Assembly (NCBI RefSeq): GCF_009914755.1
Contig: NC_060931.1
DNA length: 64,000 nucleotides
Strand: one strand, 5' to 3'
Source: the human T2T-CHM13v2.0 reference genome, Homo sapiens
The position numbers were made by a program, and so were the translations under genes. The notes below the pieces were generated by a model that ran no database searches, was not told where the DNA came from, and worked only from the letters and a program-made list of their open reading frames with translations. Positions 44,715 to 62,282 of the stretch are shown here, one piece after another. Within the stretch, counting starts at the first letter, position 1, and every line of letters begins with the position of its first letter.

Positions 44715-45800
44715 CAGTAAAAGCAAAGGCAGCTTTATGACAGTGAGCTACTAACAGGAGTTGGGATCCACATCTGCAGACTACACAAAGACAACACAGA
44801 TTAATAACACAATCATCACTGAAATCACAGAGCCTCCAAGTGTTTTTATCTGTTTTAATGGGTTACTAGCTGCTAATCTGTCTGCATCTCCTTCAAGCAC
44901 TCCAGTCCCTGGCATTAAGGTCAGGTGTGCCTGGGATGCTTTTAATATTTGTTCTTTAAATTTGGAATATCCAAAGACAAGTTTGTAGAGTGTTCTTCTA
45001 GATGTTTTTTTATTCTTTCCCAAATTTTGATCTTATTAAGAGTCATTAATAGTTTCCACAAATCCTTATGTTTAGCTCCTACAGCGGGCCATATCATTTG
45101 AGGTTGAGGTGCCACTATACCGTCATGTTTCCAGATAATAGGAACTCTTACCATATTTCTTACTATTTCTACCATCTGACCATTTTGTTCAGACCAGCTG
45201 AACATAGTGTGGCCATGGTATGCAGACTGAGAGGTGCAATTTAAGCTAAACATCCCCTTAGGGGACCAATCAATAATGATTCCATAGGAATCATTGTGCA
45301 ACACCTCTGCCTGTTCTGCAATGCAATCTTCCAAAACAAATACATTCATTATTTCTGGCCAGGTCCAATTCTGTTTACAAATAGGCTTTGAGGGCAGTAT
45401 GCCTCAATTATAGGAGCAGATTTATTATGGTAAAATGAGATCAGAAAGCATGTGTAACTGTGTCATAGAGTGATTACATCCGGGCATTATTGCCAGCCAA
45501 GATTGATAAATATGCCCAATAAGTATAATTACACTCTGTGTCAGCCCTTGTTGAAGGAATACTCATGGCAATGGTGATCACCGCTATCATAGCTATCATT
45601 AAATTACTTATTGTGACTGGTTGTCCCGCTTTCCTCAGGTTTTCTTCTGCCATCTGCAACAGCTTCTTGATCTGTCCCCAGGTAGGTGGCTGTGTTCAAT
45701 GGGTGTTGCTCGTGACAGCTGCAGTCCTCCTCAGCATCAGTCTCAACATGGCTGCAACCAGGGGGTCCTTGGGATCCTCCTGGAATCTCTTCTTCGGCAT
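44715..45800 (-). pseudogene. env: env remnant with large internal deletions
   Basis: Signal region ...NYTYWAY, SU piece YGIIIDWSPKG, TM piece WERIKKHLE...KEQILKASQAHL...MIVLLICVV; only about 1.1 kb. Confidence 0.85.
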
Positions 45801-48335
45801 CTGGCTCATGATAAGGTTTCAGGTGTCTTGATGGTATCCAAATTGGCTGCCGGTTTTGGCCTGGTGAAACACAAGCAAAACCTCTACCCCAAGTTATTAT
45901 TTTACCTATTTCCCAACTTTTTGTTATTGGATCTCTCCACCAAACCAGTTGTTCTGCTTCTGTCTTTGCAGCTGGTTTCTGTAGATGCTGTTCAGCTGCT
46001 GATAGCATCTGGCCTTTAGGCAGCCTCAAAAAATTTAAGGTCAATAATGCTAGATTCAATTACATATAGGGTGTTCCATAGTCCCTGTTTCCCCCTTTCT
46101 GCTTTTGCAATTGCTGTTTTAAGGAGAGATTCATTTGTTCTACAGTGGCTTGTCCTTGAGAATTATATGGGATACCAGTAATGTGTTTAATGTTCCATAT
46201 AGAGAAAAATGAAGCTAGAGCTTGGCTAGTATAGCCTGGGGCATTATCTCTTTTAATAGAAGCTGAAATGCCCGTCACCACAAAACACTGCAAAAGGTGA
46301 CATTTAACACAGGCAGAAGACTCTCCTGATTGGCATGTAGCCCAGACAAAGTGAGAAAAGGTGTCCTCACATGCATGTACATAAGCTAGTCTCCCAAATG
46401 AGGGAACATGTGTGACATCCATTTGGCAAAGAGAATTAGGTACCAGTCCTCGAGGATTAACTCCTCCTGTAAAAGATGAGTAATGTACCATTTGGCAAGT
46501 TGGGCATCACTGGATAGTAGCTTTAGCTTTTTTCCAGGTAATGCTGTAACTGCATTTGAGACCAGAGGAATTAACATGGGTTAAATTGTGAAAGTGTCTA
46601 GCATTATATATTGCAGTAGCAACTAGGCAATCAGCCATTTGATTCCCTGCAGTCAAAGGTCCTGGAAGAGGTGTATGAGCCCTAATGTGAGTGATGTAAA
46701 AAGGGTGCATTCTACTCCTGACTGCTGCTTGCAATTGGGTAAATAAAGTCATCAGTTGTTCATCTGCATGAAATCGTAACTGAGCATTTTCAATTAATTG
46801 TGTGGAATGAACCACGTATGAAGAATCAGAAATCACATTAATAGGCATATTAAAAACAGTGAATACCTTAATTACAGCTACAAGCTCTCCTTTTTGACTG
46901 AAGTATAGGGTGTCTGAAGAACTTTACCTTTTGAGCCAGAATAAGAAGCTTTACCATTGCTAGACCCATCTGTAAAAACATTCGCAGTGCCTTCAATTGG
47001 TTTAAATTTAGTGATTTTAGGGAGAATCCAATTGTCAATTTCAAAAATTGAAACAGTTTCGTTTTAGGAAAATGATTATCAAGAATACTCACAAAGTCAG
47101 CTAAATGGGTTTGCCAAGTAAGACTATTTATAAAAGCTTGCTGTATTTGTGCCTTCGTGAGAGGGACAATAATTTTTCCAGGATCTTATCCATGTAATTT
47201 AACAATCCAAGTTCTCCCATTTCCTATCATAGTAGCGATTTGATCCAAATACGGAGTTTGAGTCTGTGAATTAGTATGTGGAAGAAAAAGCCACTCTACA
47301 AGATCTTGCTCTTGAACAATAACACCAGTAGGTAAATGCTGAGTTGAAAAAATTAGCAAATCTACAGTCTTCTCTGGATCTATTCTGTTTATTTGAGCTT
47401 TGTGGACTTGCTTTTCAGTCAGCTGTAACTCTGCCTCAGCTTCTTTTGTTAATTGCCAAGGGCTAGTGAGACTAGGATCTCCTCTAAGAAGAGAAAATAG
47501 ATTACTCATGGCATAGGTAGGAATGCCTAGAGCAGGTCATATCCAATTAATGTCCCCTAGTAATTTTTGAAAGTCATTTAATGTTTTCAATTGATCCCTA
47601 CATATGGTTACTTTCTGTGGCACAATGGTAGTGTCATTTACTAAGGTCCCCAAGTAGGATTAAGGAGTAGTAGTCTGAATTTTGTCAGGAGCTATAATTA
47701 AACCAGTGCAAGAAATCAAATTTTGCAAGTGATCATAACATTAGAATAATATGTCTCGAGTGGGGACAGCACAAAATATATCATCCATATAATGAATAAT
47801 GTAACACTGTGAAAATTTTTTACAAGTAGGTTCAATTGCTTGCCCTACATACATCTGGCAAATTGTTGGGCTGTTTAACATGCCTTGTGGCAACACTTCC
47901 CAGTGAAAACGCTTAGCAGGTTGCAGGTTGTTTACCACAGGAATTGTAAATGCAAACCATTCACAGTCTTGCTCAGCTAAGGGGATAGTAAAGAAACACT
48001 CTTTTAAATTTATGACTATTAAAGGCCAATTTTTTGGAATCATAGCAGGAGAAGGCAGTGCTGGCAGCAATGTCCCCATAGGTTGTATAATTGAATTAAT
48101 GGTTCTTAAGTCAGTTAACATTCTCCATTTACCTGATTTTTTCTTAATTATGAAAACTGGAGAATTCCAAAGGGAAAATGTTGGAGCTATGTGTTCTTTT
48201 TCTAATTGTTCAGTAACTAAGTCCTCTAAAGCCTCCAGTTTCTCTTTACTCAGTGGCCATTGTTCTATCCAAATTGGCTTATCTGTTAACCATTTTAAAG
48301 GTATAGGTTCTGGAGGCTTAACAATGGCCACCATC
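45760..48335 (-). pseudogene. pol: pol remnant (RT, RNase H, integrase), disrupted
   Basis: [25 protein letters not shown]; RNase H SDSSYVV...GNQMAD; integrase QMDVTH...DNAPGY...[11 protein letters not shown]; WGRGFAC. Confidence 0.93.
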
Positions 48336-49150
48336 AAAAATGATATCCTAAATCTCAGTGGGAACTTTTGTCTTTCCACTTGAAGCAGTTCCTTCAAACC
48401 TTGCAAATTTTTTCCTAGTCCCATACCATGGACATACCCCATTTCATGCATCATATGTTGACTATGAGGGCTATATAATTGTTCTGGAATTAGAAGTTGT
48501 GCTCCCCATTGTTGTAATAAATCTCTCCCCCATAAATTTATAGGTACAGAAGTTACAATTGGTTGAATAGTCCCAGGTTGTCCATCGGATCCTTCACGAT
48601 GCAAAACATAACTACTTTGATATACTTTAGGGGCTTTACCAACTCCAACTATGTTAAATTGAGCAAGTTGAATTGGCCACATGGATGGCCAGTGCTGTAG
48701 AGAAATGATTGAAATGTCTGCTCCTGTATCTACCAAACTTTTAAATTTCTTTCCCTGAATAGTTATTTCACAGGTAGGACGTTTATCAGTAATCTGATTC
48801 ACCCAATAAGCTGCTTTGCCTTATTTGTGCTTCCAAATCCTCCTGTTCATTTAATTTCCCTTTTCTCCATTTCCACATACGGCACAATCAGGAGTTGTGC
48901 TATGCGCTCTCCTGGCTCTGCTTTCCAGGGAACAGGAGTAGATATAACAATTTGAATTTCCCCATTGTAATCTGAATCAATGACTCCTGTATGTACTTGC
49001 ACTCCTTTTAAATTTAAACTAGATCTACCTAGGAGTAATACTATCATCCCCCCAGCAAGGGTCCAGAGACCACTGTTGGAACTTTTTGCAGGGGTTACCC
49101 AGGCAGAAGGCTCACAGCTTTTGTGCAGCATAAATCTACTGTGGCACTAC
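48330..49150 (-). pseudogene. pro: pro remnant (dUTPase, aspartic protease, G-patch)
   Basis: dUTPase GRSS...GVIDSDYNGEI...ERIAQL; protease LVDTGAD...WGRDLL; G-patch [12 protein letters not shown]. Confidence 0.93.
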
Positions 49151-50539
49151 CAGCTGTGACAGGGGACAGATATTGTACAGGGGTGAGGGAATGGCCTGAG
49201 CCAGAAATGATCCAGTTTGGAATGGGGCCTGGGACGGCCCCCTCATGGCATTTCCTGAAATTGGGTTCCCATCTTTATCAAATTTAGAGTGACACTGATT
49301 GGCCCAATGTTTTCCTTTTTTATATTTTGGACATATTTCAGGCTCAGCAGTTTTCCTTTTTCCCTCATCTGGTGGCCTGACTTGCTGATTTTTTCTACAT
49401 TCTTTTTTAGTATGACCATGCTTCTGACAGTTAAAATAAGCTCCAGGAAATGGAGTATTTCCTTTACCCACTCTCAGTCCTGCCATTGCCTGGGCTAGCA
49501 GAGTAGCCTTATGCAGATTACCTCCGATACCAACACAGGCCTTGATATAATCAACTAAATGTGCTTTCCCTCTAATAGGTCACAGAGCAGCCTGGCACTC
49601 AGGATTAGCATTGTTGAAAGCTAATAACCGCAACACTATATCCTGAGCAGCTGAATCTGCAATCACCTTTTTAAGAGACTCCTGTAACCGAGCTATAAAA
49701 CCTGTGTATGGTTCTTTTGGTCCCTGTTTTACAGCACTAAAGGAAGGGTATTGTTCTCCACCTGAAGTGATTTTTTTCCCAAGCTCTAATGCACACCCCT
49801 CTAAGCTGTTCTATGGCATCATCCTGCATAACCACTTGTGCATCTAAACCAGCCCAGCTGCCGACCCCCAAAAGTTGGTCTGTAGTTATATTAAATTGAG
49901 GTTGGGCCTGGGCATTGTGAGCAGCCTGAATGGAAGCTTCATCTGCCCACCAAGTTTTAAATTATCAGAACTGAGCAGGAGTCAGACAAGCTCGTGTAAG
50001 AGTGTCCCAGTCAGTAGGAATCATCTGACTAGAAACAGCAACATTCTTTAACAGTCCCATTACAAAAGGAGAACCTGGTCCATATTGATTAATAGCTTTT
50101 TAAATTCTTTGAGTAATTTAAAAGGAAAAGGCCCAAATGTAGCTATAATATTTCCCTGTTGATCTTGGGGGGTGTATCCTAAACAGGACTGCCAAGCCTC
50201 TATATCACCTTCATGTCTAGCTTGCTGGATTCCTGCCTGAATAGAACTGAGAGTGGTCACTCGAGGCACTGCTCAAACAGTCACTGGGGCAACGACTTTT
50301 TGCCCAGTGTCCTCTGGAAAAGAAAGATCTGGAGGGTCAGGCTACTCTTTTGCTTCAAAATAATGAGGGGGTGCAGAAGAGTAGGGACAAACCTCTCCCT
50401 CCTTTGCCACTTTAGCTTTAGCTGGCAAAAAAACCTGCTCTGTCACCTCTTCTGTTACCTCGTTATACTTTCCTTCTTCCTCATCATTACTATGTAAAGG
50501 TTCCAAGGTGGAATGAACCAGAGCCCACACTTGTTCCAT
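49100..50539 (-). pseudogene. gag: gag remnant, disrupted and N-terminally short
   Basis: WALVHSTLEP (MA end), IQAGIQQAR..GD..AW (CA start), two zinc knuckles each with a C-to-Y change (YFNCQKHGHTKKEC, CPKYKKGKHWANQC). Confidence 0.88.
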
Positions 50540-50668
50540 TGTTACCCTGATGCTTCCAAGCTCCCTTTCTTACTCACCATGGGGATTGCTTAAGAGTACT
50601 CGGGTGTCCTCCAGCTTCATTCCACATTTTCCAACCGTCGCTCTGGTGACCCTTCAACCTGGGTTCGA

Positions 50669-50686
50669 GCCTCTGTATAGGCACCA
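50669..50686 (-). other. Degenerate tRNA-Lys primer-binding site
   Basis: tggtgcctatacagaggc(tcgaaccc) 2 nt after the 5' LTR, versus Lys PBS tggcgcccaacgtggggc(tcgaaccc). Confidence 0.7.
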
Positions 50687-50688
50687 CT

Positions 50689-51197
50689 TGCTGAGACCAG
50701 CTCGGCTGGGGAGACCCTAACTCAGCGGCACTAGAGGAATTAAAGACACACACACAAATACAGTATGTGGAGTGGGAAATCAGGGGACTCATAGCCTTCA
50801 GAGCTGAGAGCCCCAAACAGAGATTTATCCACAAATTTATTGACAACAAGCCAGTGATAAACATTGCTCCTATAGATTATAGATTAACTAAAAGTATTCC
50901 TTACAGGAAACAAAGGGATGGGGTGAAACAAAGAGATGGGCTCTGGCTAGTTATCTGCAGCAGGAACATGTCCTTAAGGCACAGATTGCTCATGCTATTG
51001 TTTGTGGTTCAGGAATGCCTTTGAGCGGTTTTCCGCCCTGGGTGGGCCAGGTGTTCCTTGCCCTCATTCCGGTAAACCCACAACCTTCAGCATGGGCATC
51101 ATGGCCCATCACAAACATGTCACAGCACTGCAGAGATTTTGTTTATGGCCAGTTTTGGGGCCAGTTTATGGCCAGATTTGGGGGCCTATCCCCAGCA
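50689..51197 (-). mobile_element. 5' LTR (MER9)
   Basis: Direct repeat of 44181-44689, about 92% identical by hand alignment. Confidence 0.93.
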
Positions 51198-51590
51198 TGA
51201 AAAGGTAGAGAGAGAGACTGGGGTAGAAATTGTGTTCAAAGAGATAACACAGAGCTTTCCAAACCTACAGAAAGATATCAGTATTTAAGTACAAGAAGAT
51301 TGTAGAACACCAAACAGGGTTAACTCAAATAAGACTACCTCAGGACATGTAACAATCAAACTTCCAAATATCAAGGATAAAGAAATGATCCTAGAAGCAG
51401 CAAGATAAAAACAAAAACAAGAACAAGTAACATATAATGGAATTGCTCCACTATGTCTGGCTGTAGACTTTTCAGTGGAAACCTTACAGGCCAGGAGAGA
51501 GTGGCATGTTATATTTAAAGTGCTGAAGGAATAAATCTTTTATCCTAAAATAATATGTCTGGCAAAAATATCTTTCAAACATGAAGGAGA

Positions 51591-51870
51591 GGCTGGGTGC
51601 AGTGGCTCACACCTGTAATCCCAGCACATTGGGAGGCCAAGGCAGGTGGATCAATTTAGGCCAGGAGTTTGAGAACAGCCTGCCCAACATTGTGAAACAC
51701 TGTTTCTACTAAAAATACAAAAATTAGCTGAGTGTGGTGGCACACACCTGTAATTCCAACTACTTGGGAGGATGAGGCATGAGAATCACTTGAACCCATG
51801 AGGCAGAGATTGCATTGAGCCAAGAGCATGCCATTGCATAAAAAAAGAAAACAGTAACAAGAAAAACAAA
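51591..51870 (+). mobile_element. AluS lacking its last ~35 nt
   Basis: Alu body stops at ccattgca then A-rich tail; TSD catgaaggaga (51580-51590 / 51873-51883). Confidence 0.93.
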
Positions 51871-53847
51871 ACCATGAAGGAGAAAGACTTTCCCAAACAA
51901 AAGCTAAAACCTGAGGGATTTCACCAATACCAGAAATGCTAAAGGAAGAAATGCTAAAGGAAGTTCCTCCATCAGAAGGGAAAGGATATAACTGAGCAAC
52001 AGGAAATCATCTGAAGGTACAAAATTCACCAGTAATAGTAAGTACACAAAAAATACAGAATATTATAACACTGTAATTGTAGTGTGTCAACTATTCATAT
52101 CATGAGTAGGAAGACAAAAAGAGAAACCTACGAGAAATAATAATTAGAACAAATTTTAAATAAATAGTACAATAAGATGTAAATAGAAACAACAAAAAGT
52201 TAAAAAGTGGGGGAGACAAAGTTAAAGTATAATTTTTATTAGTTTTCTCTTTACTCGTTTGTTTGTTTTTGTGATCATAGTTAAGTTGTCATCAGTTTAA
52301 AATCATGGGTTATAACATGCTATGTGCAAGCCTCATGGTAACCTCAAATCAACAAACCTGCAACAGACACACAAAAAATAAAAAGCAAGAAATCAAAACC
52401 AGAGAAAATCACTTTCACAAAAAGGAAGAGGGGAAGGAAGGACGAGAGATCACAAAACAACTAGAAAACAAATTTTAAAATTGCAGGAGTAAGTCCTTAC
52501 TTATCAACAATAACACTGAATGAAAATGGACTAAACTCTCCAATCAAAAGACATAGGCTGAATGGATTAAAAACAAAACAAAACAAGATTCAACTATCTG
52601 CTGCCTACAAGAAACATACTTCACCTGTAAAGACACATAGACTGAAAACAAAGGGATAGAAAAAGATATTTCATGTCAATGGAAACCAAAAAAGAGCAGG
52701 AGTAGCTATACTCCAATAAAATAGATTTTAAGACAAAGACCATAAAAAGAGACAAAGAAGGTCATTACATAATGATAAAGGGGTCCATTCAGCAAGAGGA
52801 TATAATTATAAATATATATGCACCAGACACTGGAGTGCCCACATATATAACGTCAATTATTATGGGAGCATGGGAGCTAGAGAGAGAGATGATTACCAGA
52901 GGCTAGGAAGAATAGTGAGGAGTGGGGTGGGGAGTGGGGATAGTTAATGGTACAAAAGTATGGTTAGATAGAATGAATAAAATCTAGTACTTGATAGCAC
53001 AACAGGGTGACTATAGTCAACAATAATTTATTGCATGTTTAAAAATAAATAAAAGGCTATAGCTGGAATATTTGTATCACAAATAAATGAAAATGCTTGA
53101 GCTGATCAATACTCCATTTATTCTTATTTGATTATTACACATTGTAGCCTGTATAAAAATATCTCATGTATCCCATAAATATCTATACCTATTATGTATC
53201 CATAAAAAATAAAAATAATTTTTAAAGTAAATAAATAAGTAAATAAAATTACATTACTCTAATTTGTCCAAAGAATTGCCTATTTAAGTATACCTTTTCC
53301 TTTTTCAATTATAGACAATCTTGAATAAAATATCAAAAATTTAAAAGATTAAAATTTTGCCAAAAGCTCTTCAGTGCAGGAATCAAACTATTAGTTGAAC
53401 TCCCAGTTAACTTTTCTTGAATCACACTTTTGACAAGAAAAAACATACCAAAAAACCCACACAAACAATTTAATATTTTGTCTTTTTTTTTTTAGTTAAT
53501 TTTGGGAGTTCTTGACCTTATATCTGCACTAGCCATTTCCAGAGTTTACACATAATGACAGAGCAGTGTTCATGAACAAATGAATATCCAAATTTTCAGA
53601 GAGATTGGAAGAAGAAAGGGAGAAGAAAGGGAAAGAAGGAAGCAAGAAGAAGCCAGCTTAGGACAGATATGAAATTATTACTGTAACAGGCCAATTACCT
53701 AAATTCTACAAAGAGAAGACAAGGGTTAAATGACAGAAAACCTATTTTTACAATATACAATCGAGGAAAAGCATTACAGCTGATTTAAACAATAACTAGA
53801 GGTTTCAACCATTCCATCAAACCTTAATGATTAAAAACTTGGCACTT

Positions 53848-58179
<4,332 letters not shown>

Positions 58180-59089
58180 GGTACCTAATCATCATCTAAG
58201 TGGGAAACCTTAGAGGGAAGGTAGGGGGTGGTAGAAACCTCTTATGTTAAAAAAGTGATCTCTCGTTTGGACAGACAAACCAGAGAATCTCCTCCCAAAG
58301 TGTTTTTCCCCATTTATTCTAGTTTATCACTCAAATAATTCATATTGTTCATGCCAAAAATTCCCCAATGTGACCACAGTAATTTGTGAAATTAGGCCAT
58401 GAGTAAAGGCATGTTTGGCCCAGAGTGTCGAAAAGCAAATGAACAAAAAAAAAAAAAGCAAAAACAAAAACAAATCATGGCAACTGCAAAGCTAGGTAAG
58501 AATCTGGTCAATCAGCAAGTCTGGCAGTCTAGAAAAAATTAACACCTCCAAGTAAAAGACGCTAAATTAAGTAGTTATCAAAGAAACAAAGGCAAGCCTG
58601 AGGAATGTTCTTATTAGGTTGAAGTTTGGTCCAAGGCAAAATTTTTTTCTGTAAGGACACTGGTCTGATGAGATCTTCTGGACTTGTCAGCCTTGGGGTG
58701 CACTGAGAGACACACTTATTCAACCTATGCTAATCCTTTCTCATCTTATAATTTTCTCCTGGGGACTCACAACAAAAAGAAACAAGAACAGAACAAGGGC
58801 CAAAACATTGTGGAATTAATAAGGAAGTTTCCCCACCAAATATGGGTTTTCAAATCTGATCAGATAATAAAAGGATTCCGAGAGAGGAATTCTCTTTCCC
58901 AGCACACAAAATAAACTCAGTATTACAGGGCTTCAAATAAATATATTGGACCTGAGCCCCAATGGAGGACCTACCTCACCATTGCAGCGGGAGAGACCCC
59001 TGAACATGAGATTCAGGAAGCTTCAAGGTTATGTACAATTTCCAAGCTACAAGCCTTAAGCCATGGCAGGGACGGTGTTTAAATTATAG

Positions 59090-59595
59090 CTCGGGACCTC
59101 TAGGATCATCAACAGTCAATTCCCTAAAAGACCATTTGAAAAATCCATTGATCAAACAAAGCTAAGTTTATTAGACTTACTGTAATAAGGTAGAGCACCA
59201 CATTTAAAGTCTTATTTGTGGCTCAAAAAGGAGAGTTTAAGGAATATTATTTGTAGGGTTTAGGGGGCTTGAGCTTATGAGGTTTAGGGCAAATCTTTCA
59301 TGGCAGGTAACAGATTGTGACAAGTACAATTTTGACATAATAATTTGAAATTGGTGGCACAATAAGATGTTTTGATGAGTAAACTTGACAGATAAGCAAG
59401 CAGTTTGCCTAAGAGATAAACTTATCATAATAGGAGCTGTTTATGCAAATGAGCAAAGTATTTGACAGGACAAACTTGGTTTGCAGAAATTCCCCTACCA
59501 AACAGTAAAATTTACTGGTTTATAGTCTTATTTTCCTGAACTAGAATTCTCTTGAGCAGTTTTGTTATGATGGCACAGCTGGTCTGAGTTCTCAG
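59090..59595 (-). mobile_element. Probable ancient LTR, family uncertain
   Basis: aagtttattagacttactg...tagggttttagggggc...ggtttatagtcttattttcctg has old-LTR reverse-strand character only. Confidence 0.35.
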
Positions 59596-60511
59596 AACCT
59601 TTCTATTTTGTGACCTCTGCCACAGCTTGCTCAATGGTATACCTGAAAGGTATCATTGACCTAAGATTATTTCCTATAAAAACATCAATTAATATTTCAG
59701 ATAATTTTTTTATCTGTGGCATTAGAATGTACACTTTCTTTACAATGGTATTATCCTTTAACCTATCTGATAGTATTTCTGTTTCTATTTCCTTGCAAAG
59801 GGGGTATTCGTTGTTAACAGATTAGACTTAGAAGTTTTGCCAGGATTCCTTTGCATATGGCCCATAAAGGAAGGCACTTTCTGGTGTATCTTTCCTTAAC
59901 CTGTTCCCCTTCATGTCTAGCAAAAATTCCTCAAACTTCTAGGGCCAGTAACAATTTTTTTCTGATGTTTAATGTTTTACAGATTTTTCCCTCAAGAATC
60001 TATGCTGAAAAAAATTAAACAGCTTGCCTTTAAGATTCTTTTGAAAAGCAAACAAGTTGAAGATTTTTCTTCTAACATGATTGATTGGTAAAATCAAAAA
60101 AAGATTACAGATGATGGACTCACTCTGGTCACTTTCTAATATAAGCTACTTCATTATTTTGGACCACAGCAAGAATTCCTTTGCCAACAGTGATGCAGTG
60201 AAGCAATTTGAACAGAAGCACGAAACACATATTTCATTGCCTACATTTATTAAAACAGAGAAATTAAAACCTAATTTGATTCATTAAATATTAGAAACAT
60301 TTTTGTCACTCATCTCAAAGGCCTTTTAATTTGACAAGGCAGGTACAGAGGCAAACATAAACAGACAATGCAAATATACAGGGAATAATCATACTATACA
60401 TAAAAGCGTCAGTAGAAAGATCTCAGAAGTCGAGTGCAAAAACTAAACAAAGCCATGAAGATGCCTGTAATTTAATTTAATGTCTTCTAATAGTTATAAA
60501 AATTATAAATT

Positions 60512-61646
60512 CTAGAAGACCACTGCCTGGACCTTCACTGACCATGCTGTCCCAGGGGGTACTTTTTGCTGCCACCACACCAGTGCCCTCTCTGAAGAAT
60601 GCAGCCCTCCTAGGTCCAGGGATATTGCAGGCAACAAGGACCTTTCTTACAGGGCAGCCAAGTCCTACCCTCTACAACCTCTTCCTGAATATGGAGGAAA
60701 AGTTTGTCTTGGGCTGATCCTTGAGGAATTCTTCCAGTTTCTTTATCCCAAAACTTGTGTAACAGTACCCTATGTGCTTGGAGCCTGGGCTTGTGTTGTA
60801 TGCGGTACCCAAACAAATATATGTGATTACTCCTACTCTACAGTATCAGTAGTAGGTTACTGGTCTATGTAATTTAAAAATATGGTGCATCTATTGGAGA
60901 TTAGCTGATAAACTCAATGAGCAAAAAATTGCCCAACTAGAAGAGGTGAAGCAGGCTTCCATCAAACAAATCCAGGACACGATTCATTTGGAGAAGTTAT
61001 TCCAGTTATTGGTTCAGAAGTGCCATTACTATTTTGATGTCCAGAGGAATAACATTGCTATGGCTTTGGAGGTTATTTACTGGAAATGGCTGCATAGAGT
61101 ATATAAGGTAAAGAATCACCTGGACTATCATATGTGTATGTAGAATATGATGCATCAAAAGGAAAAAGAGCACATGATCAACTGGGTGGAGAAGCACATG
61201 CTCCAGAGGATCTCTGCACAGCAGGAAAAGGAGACAGTTGCCAAGTGCATTGCAAACAAATCTAAAGCTGCTCTCAAAGAAGGCTCAAGCACAGCCAGTT
61301 CTGTCAGTGTATCCATCCCAACTGAGACAACTGAAACAACTGACCGACTAAATGAAAGGTAGTCTTTGTGCCAAAATCTTTCTGTATTGCTGTCTACTGA
61401 AGTTACAGTTTACTTTTCCTAAAAGTGAAAAGTTTGAGTGTCATTATAGTGAAAGAATTAAACCTATTGGCCAATCAGATGGGTCTCATCTTTATTCCTC
61501 TGCATGTTGAGTTGTTCCATGATCACTTTTGAATAAACAGTTTGTTTTTATTAAAACTTGCTGCCTGGCTAAAGATTACCAAGATACATTTTAAACTTGT
61601 AATTAATTCTACCATCTGGCAATAAAGTGACAATTGAAACAAGAAA
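60512..61646 (+). pseudogene. ATP5PB: Processed pseudogene of ATP synthase peripheral stalk subunit b (ATP5PB/ATP5F1); ATG at 60544
   Basis: MLSQGVL...SLKNAALLGPG...LPEYGGKV...FDVQRNNIAMALEV...KEHMINWVEKH...QQEKETVAKCIA with stops and frameshifts; intronless; AATAAA at 61621; TSD aaaaattataaatt (60498-60511) / aaaaattacaaatt (61647-61660). Symbol is the parent gene. Confidence 0.96.
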
Positions 61647-61983
61647 AAAAATTACAAATTATAAACTATAAAACTCTATCTTCTAGAATTGAATATAAAA
61701 AGAATGCAAGCTATAGAATAGAAAATAATATGAAAAGGATACAAGCTATGATCAAGTCCAAAGGGTTTTGAAGCTAGACAGAAAGATATCTAAATATTTT
61801 GGGGACAAAGAAGTGAAAATCCAAATAAGATGATGAAGCAAAGTAACAACAATCATGGTGGCGGCTGCACACTTTTTTTAAGAGACACGTTCAGGCATTT
61901 CCTGCTTAATGTCAGTAAACTGTTTCTGACAATCTGCACTTGTACACAAAATTGTTAACAGGAGCCTATTTCCAATCATTTTA

Positions 61984-62282
61984 TTTATTTATTTATTTAT
62001 TGAGACGGAGTCTCACTCTGTTGCTCAGGCTGCAGTGCAAGTAGCAGGATCTTGGCTCACTGAAACATCTGCCTCCCGGGTTCAAACGATTCTTGTCCCT
62101 CATCCTCCCAAGTAGCTGGGATTACAGGCTCCCGCCACCATACCTGGCTAATTTTTGTATTTTTAGTAGAGATTGGGTTTCACTATGTTGGCCAGGCTGG
62201 TCTCAATCTCCTGACCTTATGATCCGTCTGCTGTGGCCTCCCAGAATGTTGTGATTACAGGCGTTAGCCACCATGCCCAGCC
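61984..62282 (-). mobile_element. Full-length AluS with (AAAT)n tail
   Basis: tgagacggagtctcactctg...gccaccatgcccagcc. Confidence 0.96.

Larger units (their letters stand above)
44181..51197 (-). mobile_element. HERV-K(HML-3)/HERVK9 provirus with MER9 LTRs
   Basis: Two about 509-bp LTRs, betaretroviral gag-dUTPase-pro-pol-env remnants, 6-bp TSD tgaaga (44175-44180) / tgaaaa (51198-51203). Confidence 0.93.
43993..53243 (+). mobile_element. 5'-truncated L1MA-type element hosting the provirus and an Alu; most of ORF2 deleted
   Basis: ORF1 continues across the provirus; ORF2 EN start at about 52520-52850 jumps to 3'UTR; 17-bp TSD taaaattaaattactct (43976-43992) / taaaattacattactct (53244-53260). 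Confidence 0.88.

Noticed and set aside
44259-44720. 153-aa plus-strand ORF, partly repeated at 50767-51200
   Set aside because: Antisense reading of the MER9 LTR with a GTG start; the frame is broken in the other LTR.
47950-49450. G-to-A changes at key proviral residues (two C-to-Y in zinc knuckles, D-to-N in RT) as APOBEC3 editing
   Set aside because: Too few sites to separate from ordinary decay without a consensus alignment.
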